Below are positions 12,473-25,126 of a stretch of DNA of 64,000 nucleotides, in pieces. The notes below the pieces were generated by a model, which was not told the origin of the DNA, made no database searches, and saw nothing but the letters and a program-made list of their open reading frames with translations. A program made the position numbers and the translations under genes. Positions within the stretch are counted from its first letter, which is position 1, and every line of letters begins with the position of its first letter. The stretch is from Narcine bancroftii (lineage: Eukaryota), in the NCBI RefSeq assembly GCF_036971445.1, contig NC_091473.1, positions 204,414,001-204,478,000 on the forward strand. Reading direction: 5' to 3'.

Positions 12473-12925
12473 TGCTCTTCACTTCCAATGTCCTGATGGA
12501 GATCCGGGGCAAGGAGGCTAAGCTCTGTACTGACCCCAAAGCCAGTGTCTTCCTGGAGAACCTGCTGAAGGAGTGCGACGGGTCAGCCCTGCGCAGCATC
12601 CTGTCCGCAATCGTGCCCCACCAGGCCCAGCTTGGGTACCACCGCTGTGGGGCGCATGTGCTGCAGACCGCCCTCCTGCAGGTGGCCAGACTGCAGGGCT
12701 CTCTGCAGGAGCAAAAGGAGGAGGAGGAAGGAGAAGGGGGTGGCAGCAGTGAGAGCCTGGAGAGCTTGGTCCTGAAGCTGAGCCGTGGGGTGCGGGCGAG
12801 TTTCCTGGAGTATGCGGAAGACGTCCATGGCAGCTTCGTGCTGCGCACACTGCTGCAGGTCCTGGGCGGCGCGGTGCCAAGCGTGGCAGGAGGGGAGCAA
12901 GGCCCCTCGAAGAAATCAGCCCGAG
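12473..12925 (+). CDS. NOP9: NOP9 exon 2
   Basis: cacag acceptor; HRCGAHVLQTALLQ, acidic EEEEGEG and DVHGSFVLRTLLQVLGG match vertebrate NOP9; donor G|GTGAGG. Confidence 0.95.
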
Positions 12926-12989
12926 GTGAGGCAGGTCCTTCTGAGCCGCAAGAGGATCTTTTCCACTGTTCCCTATCCAAAAACTCCCC

Positions 12990-14225
12990 CTATCTGCATC
13001 CCACTCTAAGCAATTCACAGGGCTCCATCCATAAACCCCAACCCCCAGATTAGATCCCAGCCTCTAACCAACATCCAGGGATCCAACGGTAAACCAGAAT
13101 CCCTGGGATCCCAGCCTATAATTTCCCACAATCGGTAATAAACTCCCCGTACCCCAGGATTAGGTGGCTGCCTGTAACTCATAGAAACATAGAAGATAGG
13201 AGCAGGAGTAGGTCATTCGACCCTTCGAGCCTGCTCCGCCATTCAACGAGATCATGGCTGATCTTAAAGTTCAGTACCCCGTACCCGCCTTCTCTCCGTA
13301 ACCTTTAATACCCTTATACTGAAGAAATATATCTAATTTCCTCTTAAATATATTTAATGAACCTGCCGCTACTGTCCTCTGTGGCAATGAATTCCACAGA
13401 TTCACCACCCTCTGGGTAAAGAAATTCCTCCTCATCTCGGTCCTAAATGGTTTGCCTATTATCCTCAAACCATGGCCCCGGGTTCTGGATTTTCCCATCA
13501 TTGGAAACATCCCATCTGCATCCAACTCACTCCCAGGATTCATCTGTAAACCAGAATCTCTGGGATTTGATCCCAGCCTGTAACCCACATTATGAGATCT
13601 GTAGTTTTACAAATAACCCACTGATCACCTGGATTAGATCCCAGCATATAACTCTTGGGCATTAATCTAAACCAAATCCTTCCAGTTTAGATCCCGTCTG
13701 GTGACGTACTCTCAGGAATCTGTTACTCTATATATAACACCCCCCACCCCGAACCTTGGAATTCGATCACAGTCAGTAACCGATTCCCAGTGATGTATTC
13801 TGTCCATCAGTGGTTCTCAACCTTTTTCTTTCCACCCACATCACACTTTAAGCAATCCCTTACTAATCACAGTGGGTTACAGACTGGGATCTCATCTGGG
13901 GGTCAGGGTTTATGTACAGCAGTGGTTCTCAATCTTTTTTTCCACTCATTTACCACTTTTAAGTATTCCTTATGCCATATTCTATAATATAAATCCCCGG
14001 ACAAGATCCCAGCCTGTGACCCACTCCCAGGGATCTGTTCTATAAGACAAATCCTCAATCCCTGGATGAGATCCCAGCCTGTAGCCCATTCGCAGGGATC
14101 TGTTCTATTATACAAATCCCAATCCCTGGACAAGATCCCAGCCTGTAGCCCACTCGCAGGGATCTGTTCTGTTATACAAATCCCCAATTCCTGGATGAAA
14201 TCCCCCCAGCCTGTGACCCACACCT
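12990..14225 (+). repeat. Degenerate ~60-bp tandem repeat (gatcccagcctgt..cccactcccagggatctg), interrupted by insertions
   Basis: Clear copies at 14005-14225; degenerate copies at 12990-13180 and 13525-13800. Confidence 0.7.
13182..13523 (-). mobile_element. Young CR1 3' end with TSD-like AACTCA
   Basis: Open frame SRTRGHGLRI...FFTQRVVNLWNSLP; 3' (ttctatgt)-type tail; AACTCA at 13176-13181 and 13524-13529. Confidence 0.85.
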
Positions 14226-14366
14226 GGGCATCTCTTAACTCAGCTCCTCCAGTTAGTTTCCAGCTGGGTCTCTAGTCATTCGATGGCTGTGCGCATCCCC
14301 TGATCTGCTCGTACTTCCTGCCGCCCCCACTCCTCCCCTGACTGATGGCCCCTGATCTTGATCCAG

Positions 14367-14471
14367 GTCTGGATCCCCGGGGTGAAGTCGTGGAGTTTGA
14401 GGTCCCCGAAGATTTCCTGGACGAGCTGCGAAGCTTCGCTGAGTTGCTGGAAGAGAAAGAGAACCTGCAAG
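14367..14471 (+). CDS. NOP9: NOP9 exon 3
   Basis: atccag acceptor; EFEVPEDFLDELRSF; phase 1-1. Confidence 0.9.
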
Positions 14472-14640
14472 GTGAGGGGCTGGTGTGGGGTGGAGGGAGA
14501 GGCTGGACAAGGTTGCTGTGCAGTGGTCTCCACCTGTCCTGTGGCTGGGCGAGTGGTGGGAGTTTTCCAGATGTGTGCATCACTATCTTCTCTCTCTCTC
14601 TTTCTCCCCCCCCCCACCACCACCCTTCCCTGCCCCGCAG

Positions 14641-14782
14641 TATTCTTGGCCAGCAACATCGCCAGCCTTGTTTTCCAAGTGGGCATCCAGGTTCTGAGCC
14701 GGAGACTCCCAGCAGCTGCCCGGCACCTGTGCTCCACGGTGCTGGAGTCCTGGGGAGCATCGGAACAGACAGGAAAGCGCAG
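14641..14782 (+). CDS. NOP9: NOP9 exon 4
   Basis: ccgcag acceptor; VFLASNIASLVFQVGIQVLSRRLP; phase 1-2. Confidence 0.9.
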
Positions 14783-16486
14783 GTACCTGCGAGCGACCTG
14801 AGGTCGGGGGCCCGCGCTCTTGCAAGATCACAGGCCCCATTATTCTATCTGCGTGCACCCTGGTGCAGTGCACCAATCGTGCCCATGGGCACGGGCCTCG
14901 GTTGCCCTCATGTGCGCGGTCCCTGGCTCCTGTCTCGCACTTGCGTCCGTCTTTGCAAAATCCCTCCTTCGCCCCCCCCCGACCAAGTGCTTTTCTTTGC
15001 AAATGTGCTCCTTGGGCACGTAAGCATGCATTTGTCTGTGACCCTGCCCTGGTTAACGAGGAGCGTTCAACACCGACGCCTCCTTCTCCTTCCCCGGAGA
15101 AGAGGCAATTTACAACAGGTGTCGAAAAGCAAGAGGGATGGTAGGAGGATTGTTGCGGGGAGGGGGTAGGGAGAGGAGAAGAGGCCACCCAAAGCAAGGC
15201 CCAAGTGGGCAATGATTAGAATTGAAGAATGGCAGAGAGTTCGTTGGGGATAGGGGATTTCAAGAGCACAGATATCCTGGCAGGGAGGAGGAAGTGTCAA
15301 AGGCAGCGTCAAGACTGTAGAGTGTTAACATGGGGCGAGAGAAGGCGCAGACTACTTTCTGAATTGGAACACTCATGCAGGAGTTCCCGAAGGTTAATCT
15401 GCAGGTCGTAAGGAAGACATTTCCTTTCCCGAGGTCTAGAACAGGATGGAACACCCAGTAAATGCACAAAAGTGCTGGAAGAACAGCTTCTGCAGCGTCT
15501 GTTAGAGAGAGAGGTGATTGGGGCCTGAGCACTTCATCAAGATGGCATTAACATCGGGCTACGTGTAAATTGGAGGAGGAACACCTCAGCACACTTCAGC
15601 CAGGTGGCATTAACGATGACTCTCCCCCCCCCCCCCCACCCCAATCCCTGTACCTCTTCTTCTTTGAGGAGAGGTACCCCCTTTCCCCATCACTTCTCAG
15701 CTTCTTTCTGTACTACCCTCCCACCCTAAACCCTCCCTCCCCCTCACTAAAACATCATCATCCTGAAATGATCCGAACAGAGCAATTAAAGGGCAAGGTT
15801 CTTATTTGAAGTTGATAATGTGTGACTGACATCTTTCCCAAATGTTTATAAACTAGGGTAAGTCCAGAACGTGAACCAAAGAAGTTGCACTAATTTTACA
15901 TAGAGGGAGAAAACGAGCTCATTTAACTTTAGATCCATGTACTCTATGGGCCACTTTTAATTGCAACAGTGTCGTGCTCTGAAGGAGGGCACATTAATCA
16001 GATCCAAATAGAGTCCCACTCTTCATCCCAGAATGAAAGTTTCAGTTTCGATTGGGAACCCTCCCTACCCCCGTACTGTCCCTCCACTGTTGGCTCGTTC
16101 CCCCCTTGTCTGCGTGGGTTTTCCCCCGGGGGGTGGGGCTCTCCAGTTTCCTCCCACCGTTCGAAACGAACCAGGGGTTGGAGGTTAAGGTAATTGGGTG
16201 GCACGGGCTTGTGGGCCATAATGGCCGGTCACCCTGCCGTATGTCTACATTTTGTTTAAAAATTACATTTATAAAAACTTAAAAGGTGTAGGGGGGATAT
16301 TACAGAAAGGTTCCCAGGTAGGAGGTAGGGGTGGGGCAGGGAGAGTACGGTCCTGTGAGAGGTGGGAATCTTTGCCTCAAGCGTAACCTTGGGTCGGAAG
16401 CTTGGTGTCCAGTGTGGGTGGGTTGGTGGGTCAGAGAGGAATGTAGTGACACCTTGCTGCCCTTGCCCACCACCCCCACCCCCCAG

Positions 16487-16679
16487 GTCCCTGTTGGTGT
16501 TCCTCAAGGACAAGACCGGCAGCCGTCTGCTGGAGCAGGTCATCGTGGCCTCTGACCAGGAGCTGTTTGGCCGGCTGTGTGACACACAGCTGGAGGGACG
16601 ACTGCTTGAACTCGCCCTGCACCCCATCGCTAACTACACCCTGCAGCGGGCCCTGGCCTCTGCTCCCACCCCACCCCTG
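16487..16679 (+). CDS. NOP9: NOP9 exon 5
   Basis: SLLVFLKDKTGSRLLEQV...HPIANYTLQR; donor GTAAGT; phase 2-0. Confidence 0.95.
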
Positions 16680-16897
16680 GTAAGTGGGCTCATTGTGGGG
16701 TGGGGGGGGGGAAGAGTGGGGTGGGGAGTCGGCTTGGGGAGGGTGGGAGTACTCCACTGTTCCCCGCTCCTGCCCCCTCTGTATACATGTGATTATTGTG
16801 TGTGGGGGGGTGGGCTGTGGGGTGGGGGGGTGAGGCTGTGTGTGAGGGGGTGGGTTGCGGTGTGGGGGGTTGCGTGTATGTGTTTGGGGGGGTGAGA

Positions 16898-17494
16898 GGG
16901 TGAAGGTGTGTGGGGGGTGAAGGTGTGTGGGGGGTGAAGGTGTGTGGGGGGTGAAGGTGTGTGGGGGGTGAAGGTGTGTGGGGGGTGAAGGTGTGTGGGG
17001 GGTGAAGGTGTGTGGGGGGTGAAGGTGTGTGGGGGGTGAAGGTGTGTGGGGGGTGAAGGTGTGTGGGGGGTGAAGGTGTGTGGGGGGTGAAGGTGTGTGG
17101 GGGGTGAAGGTGTGTGGGGGGTGAAGGTGTGTGGGGGGTGAAGGTGTGTGGGGGGTGAAGGTGTGTGGGGGGTGAAGGTGTGTGGGGGGTGAAGGTGTGT
17201 GGGGGGTGAAGGTGTGTGGGGGGTGAAGGTGTGTGGGGGGTGAAGGTGTGTGGGGGGTGAAGGTGTGTGGGGGGTGAAGGTGTGTGGGGGGTGAAGGTGT
17301 GTGGGGGGTGAAGGTGTGTGGGGGGTGAAGGTGTGTGGGGGGTGAAGGTGTGTGGGGGGTGAAGGTGTGTGGGGGGTGAAGGTGTGTGGGGGGTGAAGGT
17401 GTGTGGGGGGTGAAGGTGTGTGGGGGGTGAAGGTGTGTGGGGGGTGAAGGTGTGTGGGGGGTGAAGGTGTGTGGGGGGTGAAGGTGTGTGGGGG
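16898..17494 (+). repeat. Near-perfect 17-bp tandem repeat (tgaaggtgtgtgggggg) x ~35 in NOP9 intron 5
   Basis: Directly visible. Confidence 0.97.
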
Positions 17495-17763
17495 TGGGCT
17501 GCGGGGTTGCGTGTGTGTGTGTTTAGGGGGTGAGAGTGTGTGTGCGTGGGGGGTGGGGTGTGGGGATGGGCGGTGGGGTGGGGGGGGGTGAGGGTGTGTG
17601 TGTGTGGGGGGAGTGTGTGAGGGGGGTGGATGGTGGGGGTGCGTGTGTGTGGGGGGGGGGTGGGTGCATGTGTGTGTGCGTTCCGTGATCTGGAGGAACA
17701 CTGTTGCGTTGGGTCGTAGATAGGGACATTAATTTTCTCCCTGCCCTCTCTCCTGTTTTGCAG

Positions 17764-17904
17764 TTTTCCAAGTTGTTCCATGAGATCCTGCTGGACCTGG
17801 AGGTGGTGGTGGCCAAGGGTCACCTGGGTGTCGTGGTGGAATTGGCAGCTGGCTGTGTCAGGCACCGAGAAGGCCAGGACAAGTTGCTAGGCAAGCTGTA
17901 CCAG
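17764..17904 (+). CDS. NOP9: NOP9 exon 6
   Basis: ttgcag acceptor; LEVVVAKGHLGVVVELAAGC; donor GTAAGG. Confidence 0.93.
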
Positions 17905-18421
17905 GTAAGGTAGGCGTCCCCTCTCTCCACCCCTCCCCTTCATCCCTGGAGGGCGTTCCACCTCCCTCGATCCCCTCCCACCCACCCAGAACTCAGTGTG
18001 GTATGAAGGCTTCTTTTGTTTTATGGGGTAAGGGTGAGTGAGAGGGAAATGGGTGGGGTCAGGGAACTAAGGAGGGAGGTGAGAAGGAGGGGAAGTTGAA
18101 CCAGGTGAGGATAGGCGAGGCTGAGGGAAGGAAGGAAGTGAGGGAAGGGTAAAGGAGGAGAGCAGCGATCGAGGCGAGGTTTAGGCAAGGTTACGGAAGG
18201 AGGTGAGGGTGGGAAGAAGGATGTGCCTGGTGGAAGGGAGGTTGGGTCGAGAGAGAGGGAGAGAGAAGGGGAGGGCAACAAGTAGAGGGGGTGAAGGATG
18301 GAAAGACAGGGAATGGGGTGGTATGGGAGAGAGAGGGTCAGTCAGAGGGAGAGGGCAGAGGGTTGGGAACTTGGACCCTGAGGAGGATGCACTTCATCTC
18401 TCTCTCGCCCCCCAACTGCAG

Positions 18422-18541
18422 ATCTTCCACTGTGACAAGCCGACCTCTCGCAGGACGTCCTGCCTTTCACTCTTCGTCTCCCTGCAGACCTATGAGGTGT
18501 TCCACAGCGTGGCAGCGGATGGAGCTAGCACCGATCTCCAG
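18422..18541 (+). CDS. NOP9: NOP9 exon 7
   Basis: IFHCDKPTSRRTSCLSLFVSLQTYEVF; phase 0-0, weak donor GTCTGT. Confidence 0.9.
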
Positions 18542-18936
18542 GTCTGTCCCTCCCAGGGGTCGGGGATCTGGGCAGAGGGGTGGGGACATTGCCTCTACCG
18601 CCATCAGAGGCTGCAGACAAAGAGACATCCCTTGGGGTTCGGGGGGTGGGGGGGTTGTGGAGCGGCTCATGCCTCCCTCAGGGAAGGGGGCATGTTCGGG
18701 CCCCTTGATAATCCCTTCCAACCCCTGAATCTGTGTTCCCTGGTCCCAGGTGGGGCACAATTTCTGCTTGTCCTGGGATACCCCATCACTGATCATCCTG
18801 CCTCTCCTCTTCCCCCCACCCCTCACTGATGACCATGCCTCTCCTCTCTCTGCTCATCTCTCATTCCTCCTCTACCTCCCCACCCCCCCACATCTCTCTC
18901 TATTTCTACCTCCTTCTCCCCACTCCCTCCCTGCAG

Positions 18937-19167
18937 CCTTCGGACCAGCCTCTGCTCCGATCTGTGAACTACCATGGATCGCTGCTGGTTCAGAACCTCC
19001 TTCGCTTTGACAGACCTGACGAACTTGTGGGCAGCTTTGTGGACACCCCAGCAGAGGACCTCCTGACGTTGGCTTGTGACCCTGCCGGCAAATACGTCTT
19101 TGATGCGCTGTTCAGGAGCAGTCTCGTTCCGGGCAAACGAAAGAAGGCTGTGGCCCGGAAGTTCCAG
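18937..19167 (+). CDS. NOP9: NOP9 exon 8
   Basis: GSLLVQNLLRF...LACDPAGKYVFDAL; donor GTGAGA. Confidence 0.93.
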
Positions 19168-19467
19168 GTGAGAGGGGTGGGAGGCACACACCAGAACAGA
19201 GATGGAGGGGCCAGACATCTGGCAGGAAAGTGGAGTGCAGCAGTCAGGACGAACGGTTTAGCGGTGGATGAATGGTTAAACAGGACGATGAGGGGCTCAA
19301 TCGAGGGGGTACTATGGTAAATAAGGCTGAGGGAGCTGATTGGTGTGTGGAAGGTTCATGGGGGGCTGCATTGGGGTTTATTAAACAGGACAGAAGTGGT
19401 AAACAAATGACACGATTAAGGTGGGGGGGGGGTAGTATTCACGTCTGTCTCGTCCTGTACACCCTGA

Positions 19468-19541
19468 GGCTCAGTTAGCTCACTGGTTAGAGCCATGGCC
19501 TTGTAAACTAGGGATTACGAGTTTGATCCTCGCTAGGGCCT
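19468..19541 (+). pseudogene. Degenerate tRNA-Thr(TGT) copy or tRNA-derived SINE head in NOP9 intron 8
   Basis: GGCTCAGTTAGCTCACTGGTTAGAGCCATGGCCTTGTAAACTAGGGATTACGAGTTTGATCCTCGCTAGGGCCT resembles vertebrate tRNA-Thr-TGT, with A and B boxes and anticodon loop cttgtaa; acceptor stem and T-loop are damaged. Confidence 0.7.
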
Positions 19542-19793
19542 CAATTCATGAGGGGCGCTGGACAAATGGGGATGTTCTTCCTTACAGTTGGTACAGTTAA
19601 AGAATCTCACATGTAGTTTTACAATAATGGAACCTTTAACCCCTCCCTCCTCCTCCTTCCCTCTCCTCTCCTTGCCCCCCGCCTCCTCTCCTCCCCCCCT
19701 CTCCTCCTTACCCCCCAACCCCCTCCTCCCCACATTCCTGTCCACCTCATTCTGCCCCTCCTTTTCTCCCTTCCCCTCCCCCACCCCCACCAG

Positions 19794-19899
19794 GGCCTCT
19801 ACATGCGCCTGGCCTGTGACAAAAGTGGTAGCAGGGTTTTGGACCAGATCTGGGCCTTCGTTACTGTTTTGATGCGACGGGACATTGCCGAGGAACTCG
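19794..19899 (+). CDS. NOP9: NOP9 exon 9
   Basis: GLYMRLACDKSGSRVLDQIW...DIAEEL; phase 0-1. Confidence 0.93.
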
Positions 19900-20737
19900 G
19901 TGAGCCCCCTCCCCTCCCCCGCTGAGGACCAGGGACTGGCCCAGAGAGTGAACAGAGAGGGGGGAGCGAGGCACAAATGGGTTTGAGGTCACAGGGATTT
20001 TGGGGAGCAAGACAGGTCAGGAGGGGGAGTTGTGGGAGGGTATGCATGTTATAACCAGGGGTGGTGGGGGGAGGGGAAATCAGATGATGCGTCTCACGAA
20101 GGGAAGAAGAGGGTTGGTCCCCGGATCCTTGGCATGGGGTAGGTTGGAGGTGGACAGAGGGACCCAGAACCTTGTGGTGTGAGTTGGTGGTGGGAAGAGG
20201 GTTCCAGATCCTCGGGGAGTGGTTAGGGCAGGGAAAGGGTCCCAAGAGGCTGCAATGAGGATTTCCACAGGCACTTGGAATGGGTTACAAGACAGGGAAA
20301 GGGTCCCAGGAGCTGGGGAGACAGGTTCAGCAGGTTCTAGAATGGGGGATGAGTGCAGAGATGAAACCGACTAATTCTCAAATTCAGCTCAGAGAGGAAG
20401 CACAGGGATGGGCAAGGTGTCTATGAGCACATCTCCCTCCCATCCTTCTACTGACGTTTACCATCTCTCCCCTTTCCCCACCTCCCTCACCCTCTCCCCC
20501 TCACCATCTCTCCATCCCTCACTCTCTCTGTTCTCTCCCTCTCATCCTCCCTCCTTCTCACCTCGCCATCCCTCCCTATCATCCTCCCTCCCCATCCTTT
20601 CTCTCTCCCCCTTGCCCTCTCTCCCTCCCTCACTGCCCCTCCCTTCCTCTCCTCCCCTCCCTCACTGCCCCTCCCTCTCTCTCTCTCTTTCCCTCCTCCC
20701 CCGGCCCGTCTCTCCAACCCCTCTTCCCCTACCCCAG

Positions 20738-20895
20738 CCTGTGAAGTGGACACCCTGCAGAATGACTACATTGGCCGTCACGTTGCCCGGAATCTCGCAC
20801 TGTCCCACTTCCGGGACCGCCGGGAAGACTGGGAGAAGGTTCAGCAGACTGACAGCAAAAAGCGGAAAATGTTTGCTGAGATGCTGAGTGACTGA
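20738..20895 (+). CDS. NOP9: NOP9 exon 10 (last coding exon)
   Basis: LQNDYIGRHVARNLALSHFRDRREDWE...KRKMFAEMLSD*; stop TGA at 20893-20895. Confidence 0.93.
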
Positions 20896-21545
20896 TCGGG
20901 TCCCTGGACAGTGTGGGAGATCTCAGTGAATGCTGCTGGGAGATAGATTGTTCCTCGTGCCCCTCTCACCCTCCATGCTCGATTTCCCGGGGAGGAGCCT
21001 GATCCCACTCCCGACGGATACCACAGTTTGGAGGTGGAGAAGGATTTAAGGCTAAGACCGAAGGCATCCAGCCAGTTTCCCAGCTTTGGCGAGGAATCCA
21101 CACCTCTTCCCCCCCCCCCCCCCCCCCACCGGAGGCCAGGGTTCACGGGATCCACCCAAACTCAACTGATGGACCCTCTCCTGGCATTCTCCAAGGCACC
21201 AGCTCACTTCCCCAGGTGAAATCCCGCTCCCACCGCTGTTTCCTGAAAAATCCGTTGAGTTTTTGCGGGAATGAACTGCAGGTTGGGGAGCTGTTGGGAA
21301 GAGAATTCTGATGGTCCGCTGCCTTCTGGGCCCAACCAATTCCTCTCCCTCACCCCTTTTCCTGCCTTCTTCCCAATCTGGGAACACCCCCAACCCTCTT
21401 CTCTCCCTGGTCCCAAATCCAGATCACACATCAGCCCTTGTGAACTGGATACAACTTGCCTCCTATGGAACCAGTGGTTCCAGATTCAAGGCCACTTGTC
21501 TGCAGTGTAAACTGGCAGAGAATGTAGCACAGGAAGGGCAAAAAA

Positions 21546-21551
21546 AATAAA
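21546..21551 (+). terminator. Candidate NOP9 polyadenylation signal AATAAA
   Basis: First AATAAA ~650 nt after the stop codon, followed by a T-rich stretch. Confidence 0.55.
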
Positions 21552-24035
21552 AGACTTTTTATAATGATTTAAATTTTTTAAAAAACTCGAGCCAACCCAC
21601 TTGGGAGCGAGCTGGGGTATCACCCGGTCAGCTAATGGTTTGAGGCCTTCTGAGTGGTCATTTTACTCAGAGGTCTGAGTGCGGAGTAGTCACAGATCTC
21701 TGTGTGTCTTTTCTGCCTTCTCTCCACACCAGCCCGACCTTCCAAGGTTCAGGCGACAATTTCACGGTCGCACCGCAGGATTACCCCCACCCAGCATGGT
21801 AGGTACTGTCCCAACACTTTGGACAGATACACAGATAGGACAGGTTTTGAGGGGCAGGTGGGACGAGTGTGGGTGGGACACTAGTCAGCATAGGCAGTTT
21901 GGGCCCAAGGGCATGATTCCAGGTGCTACTTAAGCCAAGAGAGTCCCCTCACAGACATTGTGAGTGTGCCTGGATCCAGGCATCCACCTCACCCCCGGCT
22001 TCTGAGCATCACGGCCCACCCCGCCCCGTCCTCCGGACAGAACTGCCTTGCTACTTGGTTCTCCCGGAAACAAGTTCCCTTTTGTGCTCCCCCTCAAAAG
22101 TAAACAATGTCATACACATGGTAACACTGCGTACATGCACTGAAAGCCCTTCATCCTGCTGGATAGGTACTTCGCAAAAAAAAAGTTAATTGAATTAACA
22201 AGAGGTTCTAAAAACAAGATTACATTGTTAGCCTCATGCAGTGGTACAGTCTAATGCCGAGTGGGAGCACTCCCTGGTCAGTGTGACAAAAGGCGATGGC
22301 TGTTGGGAAGGACCTGTCCTTGAACCTGAAGGTGCTGGACCTGAGGCGACTGCACCTTCTGACAGAAGGTAGCCGCGAGGAGAGATTGTGGCCAGGGTGA
22401 TGGAGGGGCTTCTCTCGATGGGTTTTAACCAGAAACCAGCTCCAACTTCCTCACGTTCCCTGCCTGCCTGCCGTTGGCCCCTGACAGCAGAGATAAACAC
22501 ACGCAAATGGTGGAGGAATTCAGCCAGTCTTCAGCGGCCGTAGCAGGTAAATCTAGGTTACTGACGTTTGGGCCTGATCCCTTCACTAAAGAATAAGCAG
22601 AGCAGGAATGCGTCACTGGATGGGAGGAGGAGGAATTTGGACACACACCACGGGAACGGACCATTTCTGTGCCACCGATTTATGCTGAGGTGAGAATTGA
22701 TGTTCTGGAAGGAGATAGAGCTGGGGGTAAAGCGACGGAGAAGGCGCGAGGAGGGGGGTTTTAACAGAAACCAGATACATTGATGTTTGTGCCACCGAGT
22801 TGGAGGGCGTCCAGGCAAGGTGAGGTGTTCCTCTGATTTCCAGGTCGTCTCAAGTGTGCAGTTCATGAAACCATGGGCCGACACATCAGCAGGGGAATGG
22901 GTGGGGAAATGAAGCAATGCCCCAACTAACGTTACCCCCTCCCTCAGACCCGTGTCACCGATTGTACCCCAACTGACGTCAACCCCCCCCCCGACCCAGC
23001 GCCCCGTGTCACTGTACCCCACTGACCTACAGAGGACACAGCAGCCCAGTTGCTGCCTCATGTCCTCAGAGACGCAGGTTCGATCCATTCCTCTACCTGT
23101 GTGTGAGCAGATTGAACAACCTCCCTGTGACTGGTTGGGTTTCCCCATCCCCCGGGGGGCTCTGGTTTCCTCCCAAAAGACCCTGCGCAGATCAGTGGGT
23201 TAATTAAGCATACACAGGACATCACATGCAACAGCAGGAAAAATCATCTCGGGCCTCCACGTGTGTACTCGACGATAAAGTGGACGTTGCCGTCTGTGTG
23301 AAGGTGAAAATCCAGGAGTTGACAGATCCGTGGGGAGAATTAAATGAGATGGACCCAAGGCCCTGTTTCTCCCTGGCCCAACCCTCCTCTCAAGACCCTA
23401 CCCTTTTGTCCCCGCTGTGCTATGGCCACTGTGGTACCAGGGTCTCGTCTCCTCACCAGGACTCCTCAGTGTTCAGCAAGTGGCTTGTCCAGGGAAGGTT
23501 CTGCGGATTCTTCGTGGAGCCGAAGCGGGTGTTGGTTAACGTGGAAAGGATGGGCAATTTCTCCCTGGACTGTTGGAAGCTGAAGGAGGGACCTGAGAGA
23601 GGTTTATAAAAATCAGGAGGGGCATGGGTGGTCATAGTCTCTCTCTCCAACCCGGGATCAGGGAGTCTTAAAACCAGAGGGAATGGGTTTAAGGTGAAGG
23701 GGGGTGGGGGTGGAGATTTAATGGGGACACCTTCACACAGGGTGTGTGGGTCAAACTATCAGAGGAAGGGGTGGGGGGGCTACAGTGGTTGAAACATACA
23801 GAGAGGGAAGGTCTAGAGGGGTGCGGGCAGGACACAGGGAAATGGGACGGATGGGGAAAAGGGCGTGTCCTCCTATTGTGTCATCATGAATTGCATTGCC
23901 AGCTCCCCTGGTGAGCAGAGGAGAGAGTTCCCCAGAGGAGGGGGTGGGGAGGTGGGAGACCTATGGGGAAGGGGTGTTTGCGCCCAATCACTTCAACTAA
24001 ACAAAGAGAAACCATTCGGGAGAACTTGATTCCAG

Positions 24036-24041
24036 TTTAAT
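24036..24041 (-). terminator. Candidate CIDEB poly(A) signal ATTAAA
   Basis: tttaat on the + strand, ~290 nt past the CIDEB stop codon. Confidence 0.4.
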
Positions 24042-24330
24042 CCAGATGCTGAGCAGTTTGGTGGAGCACAGGCACGTGGCTCCCGTCTGTGTTCATGTCT
24101 AAAACGTGTTTGTGTGCGGACAGTGTCTGTGTGTGAAGCGTGTGCATGGACGGATCACGTGGACGCCGCCCACTCTGCGTCTGGGTGAGGGGGTGTCACC
24201 CTTTTTGGTGAGTGTCTCTATTTCCATGTGTGTGCAGTGGTCTCCAGCTGACGGTGTGTGCAGGTGAGTGTAGTTCGGGAGGATGTGTGAGGTGTTCTTT
24301 GGCCTATGAAGCTTCGCAGGATGGGGCAGC

Positions 24331-24451
24331 TCAGTCGTCGAATTCCACCAGGCGCTCGGTGCCCTCCACAAGGCGCCTGGTGAAAGAGGACGCAGCGAGC
24401 AGCAGCTGGCCAATCGCAGACATCAGGGACGAGGCGACACGGAGAACCTGT
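24331..24451 (-). CDS. CIDEB: CIDEB last coding exon
   Basis: ttccctcag acceptor; QVLRVASSLMSAIGQLLLAASSFTRRLVEG...* (CIDE-C amphipathic region). Confidence 0.9.
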
Positions 24452-24539
24452 CTGAGGGAACCAAATACAGCCTTCAGACCATGGAGCGAGAGTTCCCCCC
24501 TCCCCCGTCCCGACGCACAATCCTCCAGGGTCAGACCGA

Positions 24540-24700
24540 CTGAAGCTCCCAGCGCAGCATCCCGACACAGACACAGAGTGAAGCTCCTTCCACACCGTCC
24601 CGTCACACACTCCCGGGGACAGACACAGAGTGAAGCTCCCTCCGCACCGTCCCGTCACACACTCCCGGGGACAGACACAGAGTGAAGCTCCCTCCTCACT
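24540..24700 (+). repeat. 52-bp dispersed minisatellite (acagacacagagtgaagctcc..caccgtccc.tcacacactcccgggg)
   Basis: 2-3 units here; the same unit occurs at 43505-43723 and 49507-49708. Confidence 0.9.
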
Positions 24701-24938
24701 GTCCCTTTTTTCCTGGTTAACGATGTGTCTTGCGAACTTCTCTTCCCATCCTTCCCCACCCTCCCCTCCACCTCACATCCTCCCCCTACCCTCCCATCCC
24801 TTGCTGGACAATCTCTCCTGACTATTCCCCCCGAGAAAGCTGCATCGATGGCAGTGGGGCTCACCTTCCCTGCCATGTGGAGACGCACTTCTGTTACCTC
24901 CACCCTGGCCCTCCCCCACACTCATTAGTCTAAGGTAC

Positions 24939-25126
24939 CTGATAATCTTCTTTGGCCCCAGGCACTTGACTTCAAAGGTCATGGAGTAGAAGTCGTAGAA
25001 GGTGGCCCTGATGTTTAGTGAGCCAAAAAGATCCCTGGGGTTGAGTTTGTAGATGTCGAAGGTTATCCGGGCGATGTCTTTGCTGTCCTTGGGTTTTTGA
25101 GTCAGTGTGTAGGAGATCATTCCCCT
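24939..25126 (-). CDS. CIDEB: CIDEB coding exon 4
   Basis: KPKDSKDIARITFDIYKLNPRDLFGSLNIRATFY...LGPKKIIR; the RDLFGSLN motif is CIDEB-type; phase 0-2. Confidence 0.95.

Noticed and set aside
14800-14910. Short palindromes (gtgcccatgggcac, gtgcaccctggtgca)
   Set aside because: Too short and probably transposon remnants; no supportable structure
16690-17865. 391-aa and 302-aa His/Pro/Thr-rich ORFs
   Set aside because: Translation of the 17-bp intronic repeat
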